Source of the DNA: an uncultured archaeon
Lineage (GTDB): Archaea > Asgardarchaeota > Lokiarchaeia > Sigyniarchaeales > SOKP01
Direction of reading: 5' to 3'
Assembly (NCBI GenBank): GCA_964632315.1
Contig: CAZWEM010000049.1
Coordinates: 1-35,421 of the forward strand
DNA length: 35,421 nt
Positions 20,253-28,112 of this stretch are shown piece after piece. The position numbers and the translations under genes are program-made. The first letter of the stretch is position 1. Every line of letters starts with the position of its first letter. Below the pieces are notes generated by a model that saw only the letters and a list, made by a program, of their open reading frames with translations, made no database searches and was not told the origin of the DNA.

Positions 20253-20573
20253 TTGATTGTAATATTTGTCGATGATATGGAAAACTTTCTAAATTTTTTA
20301 GATCGCCGAATTATGAATGAAATTTTTTATGAATTTAGAGAAGTATCAATAGATCATTCCGAAAATTTTTCTATTGAAATTATTCTTCATTTTCTTGCTA
20401 AATCTGAAGGATGTTTAATGTTGTATGAAACTAAACAGCTAATTACAAAATCATCCACAAGTCAACTAGATAAGCTGGTAATAGAAGCCCTGCAAGAAAT
20501 CTTTAAAAATGTTGATAATGCAATAAACCTTGTAAAAGGAAAAATTAGAGAAATATTTTTATCTTATTCTTGA
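20253..20573 (+). CDS. Hypothetical protein
   Basis: 106-aa ORF with TTG start 7 nt after the previous stop; overlaps the aIF-2 gamma stop convergently. Confidence 0.6.
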   Translation: MIVIFVDDMENFLNFLDRRIMNEIFYEFREVSIDHSENFSIEIILHFLAKSEGCLMLYETKQLITKSSTSQLDKLVIEALQEIFKNVDNAINLVKGKIREIFLSYS

Positions 20574-22126
20574 ACGACTACTTCTCCATAACCAATTAAG
20601 CGATATCTTCTATTAATAATTCTTGAAATGGCAAAGATGAAATTTTCAGGTACACATATTGGAGGATTTAAAGAAAGAACATAAGTATTTTTGAGTATTT
20701 TCGTAACGATACCAGCAGCTTTTTCTGTACCTACAACTAATAACAATTTTTCATTATGTCTTAATTCATGAACCTTAATTTGGTCTTCTGATCCAATAAC
20801 TCGATCTAGCAAATTGACTTTTAACTCTACTTCTGAAATTATAGGAGGTAATGATTCAGGACGTCCTACTAGTTGTCCAATCAAATGGTCTCCTTTAGTG
20901 ATAGCGGGGTCTAGTTCTGTTCCTAATCCAATCAATCCACCCGGTCTTGCATTATCTAGTACATTGCTTCCTTGACTAATACTGACAATTTTTGATTTAA
21001 TAGGTTGATAATCATTTTTCAGACGCAATCCTGGACGAATTTCTATCTTCTCTCCAATTTTTATCGTTCCTTTTAAGACAGACCCTCCAATAACGCCTCC
21101 CTTTAAGTTTTCTATTACTGTACCAGGTCGGTTAATATCAAAAGAACGGGCGATTAAAAATTGAAAATCATCGTTTTCATCTAATTCGGGTGTGGGAATA
21201 ATTTCTTCGAATGCACGGACTACTAATTCGATGTTTGCCCCAAAGACAGCTGAAATTGGAATGATTGGAGCTTTTTCTGCAACAGTTCCTTTAACAAATT
21301 CTTTTATTTGCCGGTAATTTTCTTGAGCTTGTTCTTTTGACACTGCATCTATCTTATTTTGAATTATGATCAAATTTTCAATACCTGCGATGTTTAGAGC
21401 GGCCAAATGTTCCCTTGTTTGAGGCTGGGGACATTCCTCATCTGCAGCAACCAATAGACATGCTCCATTCATCAAGGATGCACCGCTTAACATTGTTGCC
21501 ATTAAAATTTCATGTCCTGGTGCATCTACGAAAGAAATATTTCTTTTAAACTCTAAGTTATCTCCACATTTTCCACATATATCTCTTGGTTTTCCCTTCT
21601 GTCTAGCTTTTTCAGCCATATAATATGTTAAATATTCATCGCAAGAAGGACAGTATAAAATTGAAGCATTTGAATAACCGAGCTTTATTGAAATCCCTCT
21701 TTCCTTTTCTTCCGAGTGCCTATCCGTCCAATCACCAGTCAGAGCTTTTACCAAGGTGGTTTTTCCATGATCAACATGTCCAACTAATCCAATATTGCAT
21801 TCTGCTTGTTTTTTAATCAATTCCTTAAGTTTTGATTTTTGACTAACTTTTGGTTTTTCTTCTTCACTACCACTAGAATCCGTCCTAATTTCGGTTTTTT
21901 GCTTACTGGAATCAACTTTTTTTGATCCTTTAAACTCATCTACAATCTTTTTAGCACTTTCTATGTACTTTTCTGCTGATGAGCTTCCAATTCCTTTTAT
22001 ATTAAGATCTAGTAATTCTTTTTTTGAAATTTCGGCTAATTTCTCTATTGTGTCAAATCCAGCATTTCTTAATCTTTCTGCAGTAGCTTTTCCTATGCCC
22101 GTAATATCTTCTAAATCTTTTGCCAT
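20564..22126 (-). CDS. eif2g: Translation initiation factor aIF-2 gamma with N-terminal HhH extension
   Basis: NIGLVGHVDHGKTT, RGISIKLGY, zinc knuckle CPSC...CGKC, DAPGHE, QTREH, NKID, RSFDINRPG, RLIGYG; ~106-aa N-terminal addition. Confidence 0.95.
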   Translation of the reverse strand: MAKDLEDITGIGKATAERLRNAGFDTIEKLAEISKKELLDLNIKGIGSSSAEKYIESAKKIVDEFKGSKKVDSSKQKTEIRTDSSGSEEEKPKVSQKSKLKELIKKQAECNIGLVGHVDHGKTTLVKALTGDWTDRHSEEKERGISIKLGYSNASILYCPSCDEYLTYYMAEKARQKGKPRDICGKCGDNLEFKRNISFVDAPGHEILMATMLSGASLMNGACLLVAADEECPQPQTREHLAALNIAGIENLIIIQNKIDAVSKEQAQENYRQIKEFVKGTVAEKAPIIPISAVFGANIELVVRAFEEIIPTPELDENDDFQFLIARSFDINRPGTVIENLKGGVIGGSVLKGTIKIGEKIEIRPGLRLKNDYQPIKSKIVSISQGSNVLDNARPGGLIGLGTELDPAITKGDHLIGQLVGRPESLPPIISEVELKVNLLDRVIGSEDQIKVHELRHNEKLLLVVGTEKAAGIVTKILKNTYVLSLNPPICVPENFIFAISRIINRRYRLIGYGEVVVQE

Positions 22127-22238
22127 GATCAATTAAAATTAATATATTTTTTACAAGAATCTTCTTATTTACTTAATCTTTAATGAAAAATATAGATTTA
22201 CTTTTTTTAGTTTTATTAAGTTAGGAAATGAAGAATCC

Positions 22239-22466
22239 TTATTTATTAATTTCTAAAGTAGTTATACCACCGGGCTTTTTCTCAAGTTCCTTATATGACA
22301 CTCTTAATAAACTATCAACATAAAAGGTAGAAATTTTTCCACAACTCTGAACATTATGAAAAATATATATTGGAGCAGGATATCTCGTTGGATTAATATC
22401 TTTAGCTTCAATCCTAAACACAATCCGCTGATTACAGTGTGGACAAGTATTAAATCGAAGAGGCAT
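22239..22466 (-). CDS. Small putative zinc-binding protein
   Basis: CPHC...YPAPIYIFH....C...FYVD; occupies its own intergenic slot. Confidence 0.6.
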   Translation of the reverse strand: MPLRFNTCPHCNQRIVFRIEAKDINPTRYPAPIYIFHNVQSCGKISTFYVDSLLRVSYKELEKKPGGITTLEINK

Positions 22467-22586
22467 GTCTTTTGTTTTGAATAATATATATTATTAATTA
22501 ATCACTTATTTTTAATTAGTTGTAATATTGATAAATATATTATTTCTTCTGCTAATAATTTTATATTAAAACACTTTATAATCTAA

Positions 22587-24758
22587 TTGATTTGGATGGT
22601 TAAGAAAAGATATATTCAAGTGGGGATGCTTCTATTTCTGATATCACCAATAATATTAACTTATTCTATTAACCTTCAAAATCAAGTTTTTACCCCGAAT
22701 GGGAAAGACCCTAATATAGCGCCCACTGAAGCGCAACTTAATATAGATTCATCAATGATTCCGATGTTTGATAATTCTTCACTTAATTCACTTTGGGAGA
22801 ATTCCAATATTGAAATGTTAATTATATCACCCGATAACTCTAATTTCATAAACGAATTGATACCTTTAGCCGATTGGAAAAATAGTAAAGGTGTAAAAAC
22901 CATAATACTTAGCAATTATTCTTCTTATCAAGGTAATGATGATGCAGAAAGAATTAGGCATATGATCAAGGATTATTACGAAAAGTATAAAATTCGGTGG
23001 GTCTTATTAGCTGGAGATACCGATATCATTCCTATCAGATACGTTTATAATCCAGATGTGGTAGTTGTAGGGGAAGGAGAATCAGAATATTCAAGTTGGG
23101 ACGATGTATACAAACCCACTGATTTTTATTATGCATCTCTTGGAGGAACATGGGATCAAGATGGAGATGGAATCTACGGAGAAAGCCCTGTTTATAATGC
23201 GAATGGAAAAGATGAGATTGATTGGACTCCCGAAGTTTATGTGGGCAGATTTCCTGCAAGCAATGCTATTGAACTTCAGATAATGGTGAATAAAACTTTG
23301 AAATATGAATCCAATCCGTACATGGGAACTTGGATGAACCGAATGCTTTTAGCTGGAGGAATTTCTTCATATTTTCCAGCTGAAGATGAAGCGCGATTAA
23401 CACAATTTATTTGGCAGAATTATACACTTGATAATATGCGTTTTACACACTTGGCGAGAAATACCTCCAGTTTTTATCTGGTAGATCCTCCATCGCCCAA
23501 TAATCTAAGCGTTTTGGATCAATCATCATTTACGAATGAATTTAATAAAGGATATTCAACCGTTATTATAGCAGGACATGCAGATCCAACGATTATCAAT
23601 GATGCGAGTGGCACGACTTTTTTTACGAACATGAATGCACTTAATACTGTCAATTATAACATGCCATCCTTATTTTATGCAGATGCGTGCACTACATCTT
23701 CCTATGATATGGGAGATAATAGTATAGGAGAACGAATGATTAAACGACAAGATGCTGGAGCGATAGGTTATATTGGAGGTTTACGCGTTACTTGGTATTT
23801 GGATAATGATACCAATCTGGAAAAACTCAATCGAGCTAATGCAAAGCTCTTTTGGCAACAATTTTTTGAAGAAAAAAAGTATCAACAAGGAAAAGCATTA
23901 TATGACTCGAAAGTGGCGTACATGAATAGTGACTATTTCACTCAGGAAACTTCTATTGAATATGAATGGCAGAGAAAAAACATCTTATCCTACAATCTCC
24001 TAGGTGATCCAGAGGTAGATATCTATACAGATAGTCCAATAAGGGCTTCTGATAGTTTTCCAAAAGATATTTACGGGGGACAGATTGTAAATTTTACAAT
24101 ATATGATATTAAAGATAATGTTGTGCCTTATGCTCGTGTGAATTTAATTTCAGCTGATGGAAAATATTTTACAGCATACGCAAATGAACAAGGAAATGTT
24201 ATATTTCGCATTCCTTCCATACCATATGAAAATTATAACATCACGATCACAGGACATAACCTTAAACCAACGTATTTTAATTGTACAACCCTTAAAGATA
24301 CTACAGTTCCAGAAATGATGAATTTGGAGCCAATTCCAACAAAATTAACTGTATTTGATAATGTTCGATTTAAAGTTGAAACAAGGGATAACCAATCTGG
24401 AATCGAAAGCGCGTTTATATTACTTTCAAATGACAATTTCAAGACCTACAGAATATATAGAGAAACTAATTCGATTCTTGAAAATGCTTCTAATTTTACT
24501 ATAAATATTGATAAATTGGATCCTGGAAATTATAGATATGCGGTGCTATTAAGAGATTATAGTAATAATACTAAATTATATTTTGAAACTTCATATCAAT
24601 TTAACATAGAGATACCAATTTCAATGATTATTCTTATAATAATTTCTATCGTTGTAGTTGGATTAGTTGGGCTGATCATTCTTAATCATTTTTTCAAATT
24701 TAGAACAAGAAAAAATAAATCAAGCTTGGATTATCCTTCAGAGAATTATACCATTTAA
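22587..24758 (+). CDS. Peptidase C25 (gingipain-family) cysteine protease, membrane-anchored
   Basis: WKNSKG, VLLAGD, TDFYYA, VGRFP, catalytic His (AGHA) and Cys (DACTTS), GAIGYIG, NLLGDP; N-terminal signal and C-terminal TM helix. Confidence 0.88.
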   Translation: MIWMVKKRYIQVGMLLFLISPIILTYSINLQNQVFTPNGKDPNIAPTEAQLNIDSSMIPMFDNSSLNSLWENSNIEMLIISPDNSNFINELIPLADWKNSKGVKTIILSNYSSYQGNDDAERIRHMIKDYYEKYKIRWVLLAGDTDIIPIRYVYNPDVVVVGEGESEYSSWDDVYKPTDFYYASLGGTWDQDGDGIYGESPVYNANGKDEIDWTPEVYVGRFPASNAIELQIMVNKTLKYESNPYMGTWMNRMLLAGGISSYFPAEDEARLTQFIWQNYTLDNMRFTHLARNTSSFYLVDPPSPNNLSVLDQSSFTNEFNKGYSTVIIAGHADPTIINDASGTTFFTNMNALNTVNYNMPSLFYADACTTSSYDMGDNSIGERMIKRQDAGAIGYIGGLRVTWYLDNDTNLEKLNRANAKLFWQQFFEEKKYQQGKALYDSKVAYMNSDYFTQETSIEYEWQRKNILSYNLLGDPEVDIYTDSPIRASDSFPKDIYGGQIVNFTIYDIKDNVVPYARVNLISADGKYFTAYANEQGNVIFRIPSIPYENYNITITGHNLKPTYFNCTTLKDTTVPEMMNLEPIPTKLTVFDNVRFKVETRDNQSGIESAFILLSNDNFKTYRIYRETNSILENASNFTINIDKLDPGNYRYAVLLRDYSNNTKLYFETSYQFNIEIPISMIILIIISIVVVGLVGLIILNHFFKFRTRKNKSSLDYPSENYTI

Positions 24759-24823
24759 ACTTAACGAAAGCCTATAATAAAATTTAATTACTAGTCCTCA
24801 CTATCTCTAATTACTCTTAACCA

Positions 24824-24848
24824 GATAAGGGAAGCATTTTATCATAAA
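24824..24848 (+). promoter_or_regulatory. Putative BRE/TATA promoter of the 5S rRNA precursor
   Basis: Purine-rich GATAAGGGAAG followed by TTTTATCATAAA (24837-24848), ~35-45 nt upstream of the precursor stem. Confidence 0.4.
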
Positions 24849-24883
24849 GTAGCCAATCTTATCAAAAGGTGAGAAATGGTGAT

Positions 24884-25076
24884 TTTAACCACAAAAATTC
24901 CAAGCATTTCGCATAGCGCCGGAACCATCCGAACCCGGAAGTTAAACTTGGTGACGTTGAAAACAGTACTGCAATTAAGATTTGTGGGAATTTTCAAACT
25001 GTAAGTTTGCTTACGGTCATGGTTTCCAAGGAAAATACCCGGTCTCGCTATTTATACGGAAGTTTTTGTGGTTAAA
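24884..25076 (+). repeat. Inverted repeat forming the precursor processing stem around the permuted 5S rRNA
   Basis: TTTAACCACAAAAATTCC (24884-24901) pairs with GGAAgTTTTTGTGGTTAAA (25058-25076): 18 bp with one bulged G. Inner helix ATAGCG (24913-24918) pairs with CGCTAT (25046-25051). Confidence 0.88.
24925..25044 (+). rRNA. rrf: Circularly permuted 5S rRNA gene (3' part 24925-25005, UUUG linker 25006-25009, 5' part 25010-25044)
   Basis: Hallmark CCGAACCCGGAAGTTAA, loop E CAGTA/GAA and helices IV-V come first; the usual 5' segment CTTACGGTCATG...TACCCGGTC follows. All five 5S helices can be paired by hand. Exact ends are inferred from the processing motif. Confidence 0.88.
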
Positions 25077-25084
25077 GCGCGATA

Positions 25085-25127
25085 ATTTTGTTTTATTTAG
25101 ATTTAAACTGTTTTGATAATTTTTTTA
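25085..25127 (+). terminator. T-rich tract, possible terminator of the 5S precursor
   Basis: ATTTTGTTTTATTT...TTTTTTT just downstream of the processing stem; weak evidence in an AT-rich genome. Confidence 0.3.
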
Positions 25128-25151
25128 AATTATCCATAATAATTGTAGATT

Positions 25152-25694
25152 ATGCTTGAAAAGTCGAAAGTGTACTTAATAGCGATAAAAAAGTATTGGA
25201 TTTTTATATTCGCTGTAATCGTAATAGCAATTTCTTTTGCTAATTTGCCAGTTGCCATATGGATCACTATTATTGCGATTATCGTGTATCTCGCAAGTTG
25301 GATCCCTTCGATTTTATTCTCACGTAATTTTAAAAAGTTCATGAAAGATTATAAGACTTTTGATGATATCACGCTATCCAAAAAAATCAGAAAGCCATTA
25401 AATAAAATTCAAGAACACATGTTCATTTTATCACAAAAGCAAACTAATAAAGATTGGGTTATAATCTATATCAATAAACATTATCAATTCTATAATGAGA
25501 GCATAATTAAGAAATATAAAGCACTTTATAATAAAGGTTTAGGAGAAAAAGAAATTCTAGAAAATTTTAATGATTCATACATTAAAACTCGACCTGAAGT
25601 AAAAGCTATAGAAGAAATTTTAATTAAGACGGATCGGATAGAGGAACGAAGCATTTCTGTTAAAGAATATAGAGATAAAAAACGATTTTCTTAA
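25152..25694 (+). CDS. Hypothetical membrane protein
   Basis: Two N-terminal hydrophobic helices followed by a basic soluble domain. Confidence 0.7.
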   Translation: MLEKSKVYLIAIKKYWIFIFAVIVIAISFANLPVAIWITIIAIIVYLASWIPSILFSRNFKKFMKDYKTFDDITLSKKIRKPLNKIQEHMFILSQKQTNKDWVIIYINKHYQFYNESIIKKYKALYNKGLGEKEILENFNDSYIKTRPEVKAIEEILIKTDRIEERSISVKEYRDKKRFS

Positions 25695-25695
25695 A

Positions 25696-27429
25696 TTAAT
25701 ATTTAATAACTGTCCCCTCTATTATAGATGGCTTTCCTTTTTCATCTCTTATTAAATGTGAATTAAGCTGTACTTTTATCCTTTCTCCTTTTGGAGTATT
25801 AATTTCAGCAATAAAATTTTGAACATAACCTAGTTTAGTCAAAGTCTCATAGTATTCATCTTGAATCTTTTCATCAATGAAAAATTGGGAGGCATTGGCC
25901 CCAACTAAAGAAATCTCTGGATCAATCCCTAAGATTTTATTGAAAGCTACATTATGTTTTAACAATTTTCCTTTATATTCTCCTTGATAAAATCCAACAT
26001 CCAACTCATTTAACATTCTTTTATAATTTTCTTCAGATTTCATTAATTCTAGGGTTCTTTCCTCTACTTTTTGCATTAGATTCTCGTTCATTTCCTTGAG
26101 TTTTATCTCTATCTCCTTTTTTTTAGTTATATCTCTCAATATCAATAAAGCTAATTCTGTATCTCCTTCATAATCAATAGCAGCAGGAGAAGAGGTAGCC
26201 CAACAGATTAGATCTTTTGCTTCTTCATCCATTAAATTCAATTCAGTCTCATGGATTAACCCATCTTCAAACGTTTTAAAAGCAATACAATTTTTACAAG
26301 GAGAATCTCGTTTAATGAAAACTTCAAAACATGTATTATCAGCCATATTCCTCCCAAATTTCGCTTGAGCTACATTATTCGTCCAAATTATGCTTAAATC
26401 TTTATCTACTAATGCAATAATTTCAGTAAGAGACGATAAAATTCCTGCTAAAAGTTGATTACTTCCTCTTAAGGTCTCCTGAGACCATTTACGTTCAAGT
26501 GCGTTTGAAATTATTTCAGAACAAGTTTGGATAATAGGTAAATCAGTTTTGTTCCAGTTTAATGTTTTATCAAGATTATCTAAACCAAGGAATCCTTTCA
26601 AATTATCCTTAATTATCAAGGGATAAATCAATAGGGAATTTATTTTTAAATAACTTAAAGTTAACCTCGTCTGATTTGCTTGTAGTGGAAGTTTTGAAAC
26701 ATCAGGAATAAAAACGTATCCCCTTGAAGCGTATTCTTCTTTACACCATGGAAAGATATCAGCACTTAAAGTACTAAATTGAACAAGTTCAACTTTATTA
26801 TTCTCTAAACATGGAACTTGTATAAAAAATTCTAAATTATCCTCATCATTGTATAGTAAAATGAATGCTCTAGTTGCTCCGTATAATTTCCCGATCTTTA
26901 TTAATGAGAAATAAAAAGCTTTATCAAATTCAATGTCACCAATAAATAAGGAAGAAATTGTTGAGATCATGCTCTCTATCTCTAACTTACGCTTTAAAAC
27001 ATATTCTTGTTCCTTTCTTTCTGTCATGTCCAGCAAAATTACTTGAACCATCTTTTGTCGTTTTAATTTAATCAAAGAGAGAAATACTACTATCCATATT
27101 GGACTTCTATCTTTTTTATAAATTTGAAATTCAATTGGTTTAAGATGTTTACCTCCTATTAATTTAGTAAAATATTCTCTAAAGATTGGAACCGACTCAG
27201 AAGGGTAAGCTGATATCTTTAAATAATTCTTCCCCAACAATTCTTCACGACTATAACCAAATAACTTTTCTGTGAGAGGGTTTATCTCAATTATTTCTCC
27301 CTCTTCACTTAGTATAACAATTGAAAAAGGAGATTCTTTAAATAACTGCTTATATTTCTCCTCTATAAGCTCTATTCTCTCCTTAAGCGATTGATGGTTA
27401 TTTTCGAAGGGTTGAAGATTGGAGTTCAT
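25696..27429 (-). CDS. Multi-sensor PAS-GAF-PAS-PAS protein with no recognisable output domain
   Basis: PAS (LFGYSREELLGKN...DMTERK), GAF (LLIYPL...GFLGLD), PAS (CFEVF...PCKNC...RDITKKK), coiled coil (VEERTLEL), final PAS; no H-box or HATPase. Confidence 0.82.
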   Translation of the reverse strand: MNSNLQPFENNHQSLKERIELIEEKYKQLFKESPFSIVILSEEGEIIEINPLTEKLFGYSREELLGKNYLKISAYPSESVPIFREYFTKLIGGKHLKPIEFQIYKKDRSPIWIVVFLSLIKLKRQKMVQVILLDMTERKEQEYVLKRKLEIESMISTISSLFIGDIEFDKAFYFSLIKIGKLYGATRAFILLYNDEDNLEFFIQVPCLENNKVELVQFSTLSADIFPWCKEEYASRGYVFIPDVSKLPLQANQTRLTLSYLKINSLLIYPLIIKDNLKGFLGLDNLDKTLNWNKTDLPIIQTCSEIISNALERKWSQETLRGSNQLLAGILSSLTEIIALVDKDLSIIWTNNVAQAKFGRNMADNTCFEVFIKRDSPCKNCIAFKTFEDGLIHETELNLMDEEAKDLICWATSSPAAIDYEGDTELALLILRDITKKKEIEIKLKEMNENLMQKVEERTLELMKSEENYKRMLNELDVGFYQGEYKGKLLKHNVAFNKILGIDPEISLVGANASQFFIDEKIQDEYYETLTKLGYVQNFIAEINTPKGERIKVQLNSHLIRDEKGKPSIIEGTVIKY

Positions 27430-27546
27430 TATCGCTAAAAATTATTGATATTTTTCTGAAACATTTATTAATTTGCGATAGGTATTTAAGAAGTTTTTGC
27501 AAGATCTAAAATGAAGTAAAAAAAAGAATAAAACTTAAAGACACAG

Positions 27547-27834
27547 TTAGATCTCAAGATCCCCGAAATTATAATACTTTCTAACTGGTTTTTTTACGTT
27601 CCAAACAGCCTTTAATCCCTTGGGAAATTGGACTAAATCTCCTTTTTTAATTTCGAGTTTTTCCCCCGTACTGGAATCCGTTACCTCAACTTCTCCTTCT
27701 AATATATAACAGGTCTCTGTTTCATCATATGACCAATCAAATATACTTTTTTCTTTTGTCCAGGTACCCCATGATTTAACTTTTAAATTTTGTAACTCTT
27801 CTTCTGTAGGCAATTTCTTCTTCATGATTTTCAC
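27547..27834 (-). CDS. Cupin (DUF861 / EutQ-like)
   Basis: WGTW...FDWSYDETETCYILEGEV...GDLVQFPKG..AVWNV..PVRKYY. Confidence 0.88.
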   Translation of the reverse strand: MKIMKKKLPTEEELQNLKVKSWGTWTKEKSIFDWSYDETETCYILEGEVEVTDSSTGEKLEIKKGDLVQFPKGLKAVWNVKKPVRKYYNFGDLEI

Positions 27835-28112
27835 TTAAACTCTAATATAATTAATCTTACACTTAATACTAAGAAAACTTTAAATATTAATTCTTTTAAG
27901 CTTCAAATAATTTTGGTCTTAATTCCTATAAAGACTTATAATTTAAATTTATTTAAATCAAAAATTAAAAAGAAATAGACTTTTTTCACTATTATAGGTG
28001 TTTATTTTTTTATTAGATGTAAGTAAATTGTAAAAAATACAATAAAATATAAACATAGAATATTATTAGATTTTTAAACATTTGATAAGTCTACTTAAAT
28101 CGGTGTCTACAC

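Noticed and set aside
24824-24863. GATAAG...CTTATC inverted pair around the putative 5S TATA box
   Set aside because: Only 6 bp with a 28-nt spacer, which is expected by chance in AT-rich DNA.
24911-25005. A normal linear 5S gene starting near GCATAGCG (24911)
   Set aside because: CATAGC resembles loop A, but there is no room for helix II or loop B and no upstream helix I partner; the true partners of helices I-III lie downstream at 25010-25044.
24925-25044. Remnant of a tandem 5S duplication (pseudogene)
   Set aside because: The halves are complementary and essentially non-redundant, all helices are intact, and the flanks form a dedicated stem with endonuclease-site geometry. This is disfavoured but not formally excluded without RNA data.
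24884-25076. The inverted repeat read as a MITE or IS end pair
   Set aside because: No transposase or evident target-site duplication; the enclosed sequence is fully explained as 5S rRNA.
27835-28112. Long AT-rich intergenic gaps (also 18303-18556 and 33522-33761) as possible ncRNA, origin or CRISPR sites
   Set aside because: No GC-rich stems, regularly spaced repeats or ORB-like motifs seen; consistent with ordinary promoter regions.
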